Origin: Perkinsela sp. CCAP 1560/9
Taxonomy: Eukaryota > Protista > Euglenozoa: Kinetoplastea
DNA: 64,000 nucleotides
Assembly: GCA_965644495.1 (NCBI GenBank)
Contig: CBFFSA010000001.1
Coordinates: 620,001 to 684,000, forward strand
Direction: 5' to 3'
In this document: in pieces, positions 22,013 through 32,984 of the stretch
Layout of the letters: every line of letters starts with the position of its first letter
Position numbering within the stretch: position 1 is the stretch's first letter
The notes under the pieces: generated by a model
Databases searched by the model: none
Told to the model about the DNA's origin: nothing
The model's input: only the letters and a program-made list of their open reading frames with translations
Made by a program: the position numbers and the translations under genes

Positions 22013-23992
22013 CTATTTTGGCAACTCACTACAGCAAGAATCGGACGTGCACCGATACCTCCAGTTGAACTTTGGATCTCGACGAAGACAAGCCACGGGG
22101 CGCTTTATCATGTGAATACAACACTGGCCGACGTTCGGCCGCCGATGTTCCGACTTACGTTCCATATTCAAGGAGGACGATGTCAGAGGGACTTTTGCGT
22201 CTTTCGTGGCTTCCCTCTCAGTTTCACACGATTTACTGCAGCAAGCATCGGAAGTGCACCGGTACCTCCAGTTCAACTCTGGGTCTCGACGAAGAGAAGA
22301 CACAGGGCGCTTTATCTTATGAATAAAACATTGGCCGACGTTCGGACGCGGATGTTCCGATTTACGTTCACTCGTCGAGGGGGATGATGATAAAGAGCTA
22401 TTCGCTTCTTTCGCAGTATTAGTCTCAGTCTCGCCCGCCTCCTGAGTAGTTCGATGTTCACGTGAGGTGCAGGTCTGACCCTTCCGACACCTGAAGAGGA
22501 GCTTCTCACCCTTTTTAAGGGTTTCTTCCGTTTTTCCCCACATAGTAGTCAAATATTCAACACGTCTCAATCGTTTGTGTACAAAACACAGTTCCCTTTC
22601 GCATTCGTTCTTTTTCAATTGAGATTCTGTCTCTTGGCGATGTGCCGATTTAGGTTCGCTCTTCAAAGAGGGTGATGAAGAAAATGAGATATCCACTTCT
22701 TTCGTGTTTTTTTTCTCAGTTTCGCACGATTTACTGCAGCAAGCGTCGGACGTGCACCGGTACCTCCAGTTCAACTCTGGGTCTCGACGAAGAGAAGACA
22801 CGGGGCGCTTTATCTTATGAATAAAACATTGGCCGACATTCGGACGCGGATGTTCCGATTTACGTTCACTCGTCAAAGAGGACGATGAAGCAGGGATATT
22901 AGCTTCCTTCGCACTATTCGTCTCAGTCTCGCCCGCCTCCCGGGTAGTTCGATGTTCACGTGAGGTGCAGGTCTGACCCTTCCGACACCTGAAGAGGAGT
23001 TTCTCACCTTTTTTAAGGGTTTCTTCCGTTTTTCCCCACATAGTGGTCAAATATTCAACACGTCTCAATCGTTTGTGTACAAAACACAGTTCCCTTTCAC
23101 ATTCGTTCTTTTTCAATTGAGGTTGAGTCTCTATACGACTCGGTGCCTCTACACGATTTGGTGTCAGGAGGTTAGTCTCCCTGTCCAGCCCAGTACAGTT
23201 GAATCCCTTTCGACACCTCATGTCATATTTCTTCCTTAATGTGCCACTTGCCTTGTCATCGTGTGGGGTAAAACGAATGAAGCATTCCACGTCCATTTCA
23301 TCTTGTGATGAGGAATCTTTCGGTGCGGTAGTGCTTTTCTGAATAGCCCCGTTTTGAGAACATGCTTTGTCGATCTCATAGTGTCCCTTCTGACTATTTT
23401 TGCAAACATCGTTCCTTTCTATGCTTTGTGGCCTATTTTGAGGAAAGTCGGAAGAAGAATTCTCCTCCTTTCGTACTTCTTTACCATTCGGCAGGGATAT
23501 CTCATCGAAACTTACATCTGTACGCTCTGCACGGTTCCACTCCTTTTCTCTTTGATTTACTTCTGGGCCAATCACAGGTCCGTTTTTTTCGTTAATTCTA
23601 TATTTATGTTTCGCCTCTATGTTGGAGATAAACCGTCGAGAGGAGTGAGTAGGAGAGGGAGGCGCACGGATGTTATGATTCGTGTGATACGCGCAGGGCT
23701 GATCTGGACTGCAGCAGTGCACGTTCGCCAGTACCCGATGCAGGGCATGATGCATCGAGCCGTGAATAATACACCACTGGCTGATGCCTGTAGTGTAGAG
23801 CAGAGGCATATAGCGTGGGGCGATGGAGGTGAAGGGACTGAGTATTTTGGTTCTCCCGGAGCGGTAGGCATGGGCCGCTTGAGAGTAGCGGGCTCGAGTA
23901 GACTCCAGTGTTCTTCTGGAGGTTAGGAAAAGGTTATCCACGATTTGTAGGCCTCTGCTGGGTGCGCTTCGTGTAACGGAAAAGTTGGACAT
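22013..23992 (-). CDS. Protein with 5 clear C-x2-H-x3-R..C-x5-C repeats, internally duplicated
   Basis: CFVHKRLR..FRCRKGQTC x2, CFIHKIKR..YRCTSDACC x2, CCIHMIKR..YRCTSDSCC; Arg/Ser-rich N-terminus. Confidence 0.75.
   Translation of the reverse strand: MSNFSVTRSAPSRGLQIVDNLFLTSRRTLESTRARYSQAAHAYRSGRTKILSPFTSIAPRYMPLLYTTGISQWCIIHGSMHHALHRVLANVHCCSPDQPCAYHTNHNIRAPPSPTHSSRRFISNIEAKHKYRINEKNGPVIGPEVNQREKEWNRAERTDVSFDEISLPNGKEVRKEENSSSDFPQNRPQSIERNDVCKNSQKGHYEIDKACSQNGAIQKSTTAPKDSSSQDEMDVECFIRFTPHDDKASGTLRKKYDMRCRKGFNCTGLDRETNLLTPNRVEAPSRIETQPQLKKNECERELCFVHKRLRRVEYLTTMWGKTEETLKKGEKLLFRCRKGQTCTSREHRTTREAGETETNSAKEANIPASSSSLTSERKSEHPRPNVGQCFIHKIKRPVSSLRRDPELNWRYRCTSDACCSKSCETEKKNTKEVDISFSSSPSLKSEPKSAHRQETESQLKKNECERELCFVHKRLRRVEYLTTMWGKTEETLKKGEKLLFRCRKGQTCTSREHRTTQEAGETETNTAKEANSSLSSSPSTSERKSEHPRPNVGQCFIHKIKRPVSSLRRDPELNWRYRCTSDACCSKSCETEREATKDAKVPLTSSSLNMERKSEHRRPNVGQCCIHMIKRPVACLRRDPKFNWRYRCTSDSCCSELPK
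22215..23121. repeat. Intragenic direct duplication (~410 bp, 498-bp period)
   Basis: 22215..22623 is nearly identical to 22713..23121; a further partial copy at ~22030..22170. Confidence 0.9.
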
Positions 23993-24358
23993 CGGTTAGA
24001 GAAGGAGAACCTATATTATAGTACAGGATTGAGTGTGTGGCAACCTTCAACCAATTCGTGAGCTAAAAAGTGATCCACAGAAATACACATTGTACATTGG
24101 AGAGAGTTCCTACAGTCTGCCTAAGATAAAATGTAACAGTTGTTTAGTATGCAAGGTTTGGTTTATGTATAACGCAGTTGTAGTGTAAAGTTACATCATT
24201 CCAAAAGATTTAATGAAAGCTAATCCCGCAATGTGTTGAACTCATACATCTACTGTAGAAGTAATCCTTTTTATATGTAAATGATCTACATGTGCAAAAG
24301 ATCTTGTACGGAGGCGCTCGCAGAAGTTTGTACGAAGCGTTCACAACACCACATGTGT

Positions 24359-25276
24359 TTATTCCGGTCGCAACAGCTCGCGTAGCCGAATAATCTTATC
24401 TCTTTTCTCTGATGGTATTTGCTGTAGCTGTGCGTCCGTTAGTGACTGAATCTTTTCCCGTTGTTTTGGGGTCATCCCCTTCAGGAGAGCACGTTCAGCA
24501 CTATTTGTGTGATCGGGTGGATGAACTAACTTCTCCTTTTTCATAGGAGGGGGTCCAGTTCCTTTTTCACTTTCTGCCCGTTCTCTCCCCTCACTGGTGT
24601 GCATCGTAACAGTTGTACTCAGTACAAGATTCTCTCTTTTATCTCGATTCTGTTCCCTCTCCCTCCCGGCTGTGTTTCCTACCGAGAGTTGCACAAACGC
24701 TTCTTCCGGCCACCCATTTTCCGGAACGCTCGAGGGGTGCATATTTTCCATCACACACAGCACAGCATAAGCAAGTGCCGGATTCTCCTGAAATAAGGAA
24801 GTCGCTAATTGCGGCTGTTCTCTGGCCAGACTCCTTAGCTGTGCAACGCTCTCCAGCACTTGCTCTTGTGGAAGTTGTGATAAACATTGGAGAATGGGAT
24901 CAATTTTATTTGAATTAATTTTATTCGATGGAGATGCAAATCCTTTGAGCGGTCTACCCCACAGAGAGGGAAGGGAAGCAGAAGAATAAGAAGACGATCG
25001 ACGGGAGGCTAACGAAGAACGATGTGAGATTTCCACACGAAGAGGCTTGCCGTTAATCACTCGATTTTGAAGTCCCTGCTGCGCGCAGGCCGCAGAGGTT
25101 CCGTCGGTGTACTCACAAAATCCGTACCCGAGCAACTCGCCGTCGGGGTTCTTTTTAAGGTGAAGCCGTTTGACGGGTCCGAATTCCTGGAAGGCACGGA
25201 GAAGTAGAGATTCCGGGGTGGAGGGGGTGAAGTTGTTAAAGAAGAGAGTGGCAGGGGAGGAAGAGGGTGTGTCCAT
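24359..25276 (-). CDS. CSTF2: Cleavage stimulation factor 64 kDa subunit (CstF-64/Rna15)
   Basis: N-terminal RRM (GYGFCEY), hinge (LATSLFQENPALAYAVL), C-terminal LTDAQLQQIPSEKRDKIIRLRE. Confidence 0.85.
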   Translation of the reverse strand: MDTPSSSPATLFFNNFTPSTPESLLLRAFQEFGPVKRLHLKKNPDGELLGYGFCEYTDGTSAACAQQGLQNRVINGKPLRVEISHRSSLASRRSSSYSSASLPSLWGRPLKGFASPSNKINSNKIDPILQCLSQLPQEQVLESVAQLRSLAREQPQLATSLFQENPALAYAVLCVMENMHPSSVPENGWPEEAFVQLSVGNTAGREREQNRDKRENLVLSTTVTMHTSEGRERAESEKGTGPPPMKKEKLVHPPDHTNSAERALLKGMTPKQREKIQSLTDAQLQQIPSEKRDKIIRLRELLRPE

Positions 25277-25653
25277 GGGGGAGATTACAGGAAATAAGGT
25301 AGGAATGAGACTCAGTGATTTTGTCTTCTAACGAAAATAATTCGGAGGCACACAACGAAAAGCCGAAAAGTAAATCATTTTTTCTCCTTACAATGTTTTT
25401 CCCTTGTCTTCTGATAAATTTTTCTTTAACGTGGATCTCGTATGATGTATCGCCTGTGTTTCTACATAACGTACAAGGAAAGAAAAAGGAATGATTTGGG
25501 ATAATCAATGTGCATTTTTTTCGTTTTGTTGCATCATTAGTCAGTGGTTCATCGAGACTAACTCTTAAGCTGAAAATAGTAACGCACAGCATCATAAAAA
25601 GAAAATGCAATAAGGACAGCGCGCACAGGTGCATGTAATCTTCTTTTCAACAA

Positions 25654-26673
25654 CTATGAAAGCTCATAGTGGTACCCGAACATCTTTTTCATGCCCTCCC
25701 AGAAAACGTTCATCCACCCTTGTGAGATCCTTTCTTTTTCCATGAACGGAAATTCACTGTGTTCGAATTCCATCACAGTTTTCCCTTCCTCCCCCTCCTT
25801 CTCCTTTAACCTAATATGGACCATTGAATCCGGTGAGATCGGGTCCCAGGATTTCATACGGAGTTGCATTTTCACATTACACGGGGAGGTTGCCTCTATG
25901 ATTTTACCGGTCATCGCGCCATCCAGAAGAGACACCTCACCCCCGGGCTGGGGATCAATACGACAAGGCGCTCGGGTATAGGCACTCACTCTGCGCTGCT
26001 CCGTGAGACATTCATAAACCTCTGTCGGGCTACATTGCCACACTAAATGCATTTTGAGTGAAGTAGAATTTGGGAGCTTCTCCTCTTTCGATGGTTCGCC
26101 TCCTTTAGCTTCACTGGTCGTTGATTTTGCGGCTTCGCACGTTGCACGATTCGTCGACGACCGTGTTGGTAGATTTTGCACACCCATTAGATCGTTACGA
26201 ATGATCTGTTTCAGCATTTCGCGCAGACAAGGGACGGCTTCTTTTCGTACAAAGGAAAGGATGTCGTCTTCTGCGTCTCCACCAGAGGATTCCGCTTTCG
26301 TGACGCGGATTTCGTGTTCCTCTTCAAAATTTTGTGTGTCGCAATCGACAATTTTGAATCTACCCTTCAAGAGTTCATTGTCGTCTGATTTCGATTTTAC
26401 ACTCCAGCTGAGTTCAAAATTCATTTCAAAGAAACAAATTGGCTTTCCTTTCCGGCTCGCGACCGTAACCTCACCGTTAAATGCGGTTAACTCATGAGCC
26501 TGTACCACATAGCTATCCGACGCACAGAGCTCCCTATCTTTGAACTGTTGAGCGAGGTGTTCCTTCCAGTGCATTGTCTTGTCACGTTGCTCCCAGTGCC
26601 ACTCATTTACGTTGGCGCCATCCGTTCGGTCAGCAACAATCCAGCGAGGGTCTGCGTCACCCAGGCGTGCCAT
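25654..26673 (-). CDS. AHA1: Activator of Hsp90 ATPase AHA1
   Basis: MARLGDADPRWIVADRTDGANVNEWHW, RKGK, C-terminal AHSA1/START-like domain; ATG at 26673. Confidence 0.95.
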   Translation of the reverse strand: MARLGDADPRWIVADRTDGANVNEWHWEQRDKTMHWKEHLAQQFKDRELCASDSYVVQAHELTAFNGEVTVASRKGKPICFFEMNFELSWSVKSKSDDNELLKGRFKIVDCDTQNFEEEHEIRVTKAESSGGDAEDDILSFVRKEAVPCLREMLKQIIRNDLMGVQNLPTRSSTNRATCEAAKSTTSEAKGGEPSKEEKLPNSTSLKMHLVWQCSPTEVYECLTEQRRVSAYTRAPCRIDPQPGGEVSLLDGAMTGKIIEATSPCNVKMQLRMKSWDPISPDSMVHIRLKEKEGEEGKTVMEFEHSEFPFMEKERISQGWMNVFWEGMKKMFGYHYELS

Positions 26674-26953
26674 CGAAGGAACTAAGAAAACAGAAATATG
26701 CACTTGATCAGAAAATTGGTACACCGTGTATTAAAGCCGTAGTTTTACTTGAGAAGAAAAATTGCTATTGGTGAACGTAAAACTGGTAAAATGAAAAACA
26801 AAAAAATAGTCTATACCAAAGCGAAAAGCGTTGACCCGGATCTTACTCATTTTTTAGCTTTAGTTTACATGATTTTGTAGCACTCTATCTGTACTTAATA
26901 TTAGCTTCACTCCATTGTGCGTACAAAAAGAGTGCAACCCCGGTTTATTCCCT

Positions 26954-28171
26954 TTACTCCCCCTCCTGTTCTTCCACTCTAGAAGTCTGACACTCCACCC
27001 CTGGCCGGCACCTCCACCCGGTCTCCCTTTTTTCCAAATTATTCTCACTGCGCTCCTTCCCATGGACCACACAGACCTGTCGCACCGTAATCCGTGGATT
27101 CGAGACCTTACATTCCTGAGGAGCAACACAGTGCCACGTGTTACTCACCTCCTCATACCGTAAATAGTCCTTTCGTCGTTGTTTCTTGTGGGTCGTACAC
27201 AGCTCGGTGTCTTCTGCTTTGGTGAGGTCACTGGAGTGAGTCTTCCCCTCCCCGTTCCCCTCCCCCCCTCCTCCCCCCACCCCCGGGAGTCGACAGGTGA
27301 GCCCCTGCCGGCACACATAGGTGTTGGAATCCTCATCGAAGTTCAAGTGACTCACCCATCGTGATTTCCCGTGCACGGCACAGGTTTGCTTCACTTTGGC
27401 TAACCCGATCGGGTCGTGCTCTCTTTTGTTTTCCGCATTTCTTTGTTGCTGAAACACCAAACAGGCGTTTTCCGGTTTACAGTTCCATTGCTGCTTTTCG
27501 TTGTTAAACTCCAAGTAGTGTTCGTGTCGGATGCGGTCGTGGAGCGCACAGAGCTGCTGGGGGATGCGGGAGAGGCGTTTGTGGGGGGTATCGACCAGAC
27601 AGGCGTTCCCGGGTTTACATTTCCATGTGTTGGATACGGCACAGTGGGTCATTTTGTCCGCAATGCGCTCTTTGCCGTGGAGCGCGCAGACACGGCGGGA
27701 GATCGGGGGGGTGGGGTGGGGCATATTTTTTTGTGTATTTGATGATGAGGATGAGGATGCTGATTCTGTTATCGGAGATTCGGCGTCAGATTCGGCTAAA
27801 TTTGCATTTTCGTGTTCTTCTTCCTCTTCTTCTCCATTTTCGTATTCCTGTTCTTCATTTTCATCTTCTTGTGGCTGAGCAGCAGTGCGGGATGTGGCAT
27901 AAAAAGAATTTTGGGTGTGGAGAAGAGGAAAGGGGGTTGTGGTGAAATGAGCTCTGCGAGTAGCATTTGAAAAGAGAAGAAAGGATGAAATGGGGTAAAT
28001 GTTTCGGAGGGCATGAGGTGGAGAAATGGTCGGAGACTGTGTCGTAAGGAGAGCATGGTCTCGGACCAAAGCATTTACACTCAGGGAGCTATGTTTTGGA
28101 CAATGAACTCGTTTTGTGCAACGGGGGAGCCACGCTCTTGACGGAGGTGTGAAACGGCTGAGTAAAACCAT
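26954..28171 (-). CDS. Protein with 5 C-x2-H-x3-R..C-x5-C repeats, putative mitochondrial presequence
   Basis: CALHGKER..WKCKPGNAC, CALHDRIR..WNCKPENAC, CAVHGKSR..YVCRQGLTC, CTTHKKQR..WHCVAPQEC, CVVHGKER..WRCRPGVEC; N-terminus MVLLSRFTPPSRAWLPR, then an acidic linker. Confidence 0.8.
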   Translation of the reverse strand: MVLLSRFTPPSRAWLPRCTKRVHCPKHSSLSVNALVRDHALLTTQSPTISPPHALRNIYPISSFLLFSNATRRAHFTTTPFPLLHTQNSFYATSRTAAQPQEDENEEQEYENGEEEEEEHENANLAESDAESPITESASSSSSSNTQKNMPHPTPPISRRVCALHGKERIADKMTHCAVSNTWKCKPGNACLVDTPHKRLSRIPQQLCALHDRIRHEHYLEFNNEKQQWNCKPENACLVFQQQRNAENKREHDPIGLAKVKQTCAVHGKSRWVSHLNFDEDSNTYVCRQGLTCRLPGVGGGGGEGNGEGKTHSSDLTKAEDTELCTTHKKQRRKDYLRYEEVSNTWHCVAPQECKVSNPRITVRQVCVVHGKERSENNLEKRETGWRCRPGVECQTSRVEEQEGE

Positions 28172-28317
28172 GGGAAGAGTGAAAAAAAAGGATGTCAATG
28201 ATTTTAGAACGTCGTATAATAACGGGTGTTTACAATTTATGCTTGGCTTAGTATAATCATGTTCAATAATTCGATTGAAATTACGAACATCACGACTACA
28301 CTAAGAGTTCAAGATCC

Positions 28318-28647
28318 CTAGGACGGGTCTCTTACTTCCTCGTCGGTTGTGGAAGGTACCACTCGGTAATTTTTTCGACGAAACACAAGAGCGTTGCCCG
28401 TGTATGTTGTTCTCCATCGTGTAGGGGGAATGGCCGCTGGCCGTATTTCTGTTTCTATATCAGGTAAAGAGGTGAGAAAATTACACTCATCATTATATTC
28501 TACATCGGTGGGATCATAGCTTCGATCGAGACGGTATCGAAAATTCGTACCCTTCTGGCGGATTGTAGATTCAAACACCGGAGACGGATGAAAAGCACTG
28601 AGCAGAGTGGATGCACCGAGTGGACGGGTGTGAACAACTCTCCTCAT
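28318..28647 (-). CDS. Small hypothetical protein, likely mitochondrial
   Basis: ATG 28647, MRRVVHTRPLG presequence-like start, on the cluster strand. Confidence 0.55.
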   Translation of the reverse strand: MRRVVHTRPLGASTLLSAFHPSPVFESTIRQKGTNFRYRLDRSYDPTDVEYNDECNFLTSLPDIETEIRPAAIPPTRWRTTYTGNALVFRRKNYRVVPSTTDEEVRDPS

Positions 28648-28870
28648 TGACAGTATCACGTAAGAATGTGTATCTTAAAAACGAAATTAAAATGTTTTTT
28701 AAAGTAGGTAAACATATCGAAGCAAGAGCCCTCCTTTTAGAGACGACACCACGTTCGCTAATCTTACACTTTTTCTTTTTCAACAAAAATACCAGTATGT
28801 ACCGAGCATTCCGCGAAAAGTGCTCCAACTTCCCGCCAACTGAAACCCCCCCACCTGCCTCCCCACCCCC

Positions 28871-30361
28871 TCATTTCTTCTTCGTCCTCGCATCCAGCAC
28901 CCTCATCCTCAACCTCTCCACACTACTCTCCATCCCCGAGGTGTCCCCAAACACCGCCAGCGTCGGGGTGGCCTCAATCATCTCCCCGCACACGCCCCGA
29001 ATCCCCCCGAGCGTCACGGCGCGAACCCTCTCCGCCGCCTCCTCGAACCCCACCACCGAGGAGAACAGCAGCAGCCCGCGGCCGCACTCCTCCAGCTGCC
29101 CCAGCACCGTGTCGTTCACCAGGAACATCTGACTCAGCAGCAGCTGTTTCGCCATCTCCACGTGGTACTCACTGATGCGCTGGCCGACGGTGGCGAGTTG
29201 CTCCACCAGCACTCTTAGCAGGTGTTGGTTAAACGCGTGGGGGGCACTGCCGTAGAGCCCGAAGAGACCGGCGTCGGTGTAGGCCGCGGTGACGCACTCC
29301 ACCCCCGCGACCCAGGGCTCCCGGGCGACCACCTCGCGGTAGAGCTTCGTCAGCATCCCCTTCCCCGGGCCCCCGCTGCTGAAGCTCTGGCCCCCCCCGA
29401 GCAGGCACTGGGCGACGGCCAGGGTGAAGTAGCGGGGGTGGGCGTAGGTGGGGGCGGGGTAGAAGAGACCGAGGTGGGTGTGGCTCTTCTCGGCGAACTT
29501 GTCCACGGACTCCGGGGGGAGGGTGTTGTGGGCCATGGCAATGCCCCCGTGGTAGGGGGAGGGGGGGGGTGCGGCCGTTTTCGTGGCGTTCTCGCCTTTT
29601 TGAGCGGCCAAGGGAGAGAAAGACGCGGAGGTATCCCCGACCTCTCCCGCCTTCTCCCCCTTCCCCGTGGGCTCACCAAACACAAAACACTTCTCCACAT
29701 CCGCTACAAACGCGTTGTGGTCCGAGACCCCGGACCCGACCACGGTCATCCCCCCCGGGCTGACCCACTCCTTCGCAAAGTCGGCCAAAACGTTGGGGGT
29801 GATTTTCTCTAAGTCGCTGATTTCAAACAGCGCATTTCGCCCCAGCAGCTTCCCCCCAAACGCGGCCTGGTGCAACAGTTCAAAACACTGCCCGGTGGGG
29901 TCACGGGCGCGTGCGGGGATGGTTTGCGCGACGGACTGCTTGACATGTTCCAGAACCTCCGGGTCTTGGAAACTGGGAAAGACCAGGGCGCTGGAGAGGA
30001 GCTCAATCGCCTGGGGGGTGTAGTACCCCGGGCACTGCACGACGTAACTCACACACTCGCGGTGGTTGTTGATGGCGAGCGAGTTCCCCATAAAGCTGAG
30101 GTCCTCCGCGAGGTCGCCGGAGGGTATTTTGCGGTTCGAGTGGAAGAAGTATTTGTCGAAGAGGGCGCTGCACCCGGTGGTGGGGTCGCGCTCGCAGCGC
30201 ACCCCCATTTTGAGGAAGACCCCGACGGCGCTGAGGGCGCGGGTGTCGTCGTAGGAGAGCACGCGGAGGCCGTTGGGGAGGGTGGTGAGGGATTTGGGGA
30301 AGTGGGGAGGGGGGCGGGGAGGGGGTAGAGCACGGCGTAAAAAGGTGGAACGAAGGGACAT
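28871..30361 (-). CDS. PMPCA: Mitochondrial processing peptidase alpha subunit
   Basis: M16 fold start TTLPNGLRV; glycine-rich loop LGGGQSFSSGGPGKGM; no HXXEH. Confidence 0.93.
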   Translation of the reverse strand: MSLRSTFLRRALPPPRPPPHFPKSLTTLPNGLRVLSYDDTRALSAVGVFLKMGVRCERDPTTGCSALFDKYFFHSNRKIPSGDLAEDLSFMGNSLAINNHRECVSYVVQCPGYYTPQAIELLSSALVFPSFQDPEVLEHVKQSVAQTIPARARDPTGQCFELLHQAAFGGKLLGRNALFEISDLEKITPNVLADFAKEWVSPGGMTVVGSGVSDHNAFVADVEKCFVFGEPTGKGEKAGEVGDTSASFSPLAAQKGENATKTAAPPPSPYHGGIAMAHNTLPPESVDKFAEKSHTHLGLFYPAPTYAHPRYFTLAVAQCLLGGGQSFSSGGPGKGMLTKLYREVVAREPWVAGVECVTAAYTDAGLFGLYGSAPHAFNQHLLRVLVEQLATVGQRISEYHVEMAKQLLLSQMFLVNDTVLGQLEECGRGLLLFSSVVGFEEAAERVRAVTLGGIRGVCGEMIEATPTLAVFGDTSGMESSVERLRMRVLDARTKKK

Positions 30362-30804
30362 GGAGGGGGGAACGAAGGGGGAAATGTGATTTTTGGGGTG
30401 CTTTGGGGGGTAGAAAAGGGAAGAAGGGTGGGATAGGTGTTGTTGAAAGAAAACGAAGAGGACGGTTACACGGATTGATTAGAAAATGACACGCTCAACA
30501 TGTAGGATACATGTATAAAAGGTTTTGTGGAAGACTAAACCCCTCGACCTCGGAATGTAAAAAACAAATCGGCCCCATAACTCCTATTGGGTCATGAACT
30601 GCACCTTTCTAAAGCACCCTTGTGTTAAAACACACCCTGTCCTGTCTCTTCATCCAACCACACTCTATGTGGCAACAAAAAACGTTTTCAAAATTGACAA
30701 CTACCGTTATCGCACAGCAATGGACACCCAATTTGACAATGCACGCATTAAACGTAAAAAATTAAAATAACTTTCTTTTTATCCTCTCTACTCGATCCCC
30801 CCTT

Positions 30805-31494
30805 TCACTCCATCCTCCCTTCTCCTATCCCACTGGAAACCCTACACTGGGACGCGGGGTGACACCTCCAGCACTGCTCCGAGGCGAGATAGACCAAGTT
30901 CGCCTCACTCCGTACCTTACGGTGCAGTGCACACATAAACGACCGGCTCGGACCAGGAGGAGGAGGCGGAGGGTGCGCATGAGGTCCACGAGAACCCGAG
31001 GACCCATACCCCCCATAGGAGCTCGAATACGAGCCGGAGTACGAGCCCCCTGTACCCCCATAGGTACGCGGCCGGTACCCCCCCGTAGACTTACACACAC
31101 TCTCCGGGCGGCAGCGCCAGGTCCCGGCATAGTGGTCTTGTACCAAATTGCACACACTACGCTCTTTTCCGTGCAGGGAACACCTGAAGACCCCGTCCAT
31201 GGTGTAATCTTTTGCCTTCTTTTCCGTTTCATGACGACTTTCGTTATTCTTTTCATCGTTCTCCTCCTCATCGCCCTCTCGCCCGGTACTCGCGTGTCTC
31301 TTTCTTTGCTGTTCCCCCGGTGGGGTTTTACACAGGTGCTCCTCGGCACAGCGATACCCCCCGAGGTGGTGATCGAACCGAAGCACCTCGGGGTTACGGA
31401 CCTTGTCGTGAATCATGCAACGCTCTCGACGAAGGGAGGGGGGAGGGGAGACGGGGGACCAGGAGGTGTGGGGAGCGTCCGGGTGAGAGGACAT
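30805..31494 (-). CDS. Protein with 3 C-x2-H-x3-R..C-x5-C repeats and a Gly/Ser/Tyr-rich linker
   Basis: CMIHDKVR..YRCAEEHLC, CSLHGKER..WRCRPESVC, CALHRKVR..WRCHPASQC; YGGTGGSYSGSYSSSYGGYG linker. Confidence 0.75.
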   Translation of the reverse strand: MSSHPDAPHTSWSPVSPPPSLRRERCMIHDKVRNPEVLRFDHHLGGYRCAEEHLCKTPPGEQQRKRHASTGREGDEEENDEKNNESRHETEKKAKDYTMDGVFRCSLHGKERSVCNLVQDHYAGTWRCRPESVCKSTGGYRPRTYGGTGGSYSGSYSSSYGGYGSSGSRGPHAHPPPPPPGPSRSFMCALHRKVRSEANLVYLASEQCWRCHPASQCRVSSGIGEGRME

Positions 31495-31635
31495 GGGAAA
31501 ATAGAGGGGGTGAGGGGGTGGGGAGGGGAGGGAAGGGACTTAAGAAGAGAGAAAAGATGAGCCTGGGCGTTAAATTGGGTGAAGGAAGAGATAAAAAAGG
31601 AGGAGGTAAAATAAGGAAATACATTACGGAATATA

Positions 31636-32984
31636 AACCCCCCGTCACGATAAGTGACCATAGGCTAACTTTTGGTATATAAAGCCGTTTTAGCTAATTC
31701 TTGTTGCATTTTGCAGATCTCAGGCCCTAATATCTTGGGGTCACACACTTGGTACAAATTCTGAACACCTACACCTAGGGGGGGTCGCCTACCATTTTTT
31801 CACTTTTTCGCCATTTTTCTCAATACAAGCTTTCAGTCGCTTATTGAAGCTAAGAACCATATGATCCATAACCTCAGTAGGAATCTTGCTCCATGCATTC
31901 TTTACGCAATGGATAAGTGATTCGGTATTAGAAGGCAATTGCTCATCAACAAGTTCTTACATCATAGACCACACATTCTCTATGGGATTAAGGTCGGGTG
32001 AATTGTGGGGCCACGTTTCGATGAAGCTTATTCCTGAATTCAAAAAATACTGCTTAGTGGCCTTCGCTGTGTGAGCAGTGGCCCCATCTTGTTGAAAAAT
32101 ACGGTTAGAAGGTAGTGTTACACTTTTGAGCGTTTCTACGTAGGTTTTACTATTTATATTCGAAACAGGGAGGATGCGCAAGCATTTCCACCCGACCCCA
32201 ATCGCTCCCCAAACGTGAAACTTTTGGTGCCCAGCGTACTTTTTGTCTTGTGGATGGTTTTCCATTTGGACGTACCCACTGATTTCGCCTTGAGTCATTG
32301 GTGTCAAATATCTTTTCATCACTAAATATTACTTCTCCAGAGTGGCGCTTCCCTCTTAGCCATTTTTTACAAAACTTTACCCTTTTAATCATTTGTTTTT
32401 CAAATAAGCCTTGAGAAAGAGAACGCGCTTGGTAGTTCCATGCCAATTCTTTAAGATCCCTTTGCACAGTTCTTCTCCCCATTTTTATTCCTTTCCTGGC
32501 AAGTACAGCTACAATACGTCTGGGACTATTGTTCTTTGGTACCCCCCTTGCATCTGTATCCTGCAAGGCATTCTCAATTTCACATCTTCGTTTTTTCACC
32601 TCCGGACTTTCAGATTTCGGGGTGGAAGCCTCATAAGTCACAATTGGTTCTGCCAAGTAAGATCTCACAATTCGGCGACTAACATTAAATTCTTTTGCTA
32701 GTTTTCGCTTAGAAACACCGTCTTCGTGACGCAAACGAAGTATAAGCTTCCCTGCTTGCGTTAAACCCCCTTTAGGTAGGGAGAGTTTTCTTCTTCTCAT
32801 AAAAAAACTGTTTTTCAAGAAATCGATATTTTCAATTTTTTTAAAAATTTAGTTTCTCTAGGACAGAAAATAATAGCGGGAAACTGCAGAACGCGAAATT
32901 CTACACGAAACTATGGTATGTATACCCCCATACCCCACTCAACACAGATTTTAGCCTATGGTCACTTATTCGTGACGGGGGGTT
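31636..32984 (-). mobile_element. Full-length Tc1-family DNA transposon with inactivated transposase
   Basis: TIRs AACCCCCCGTCACGA(A)TAAGTGACCATAGGCTAA flanked by TA; HTH plus FSDEK / QQDGA / DLNPIENVW; frameshift near 32219 and premature stop at ~31957 (frame resumes to ~31789). Confidence 0.92.
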
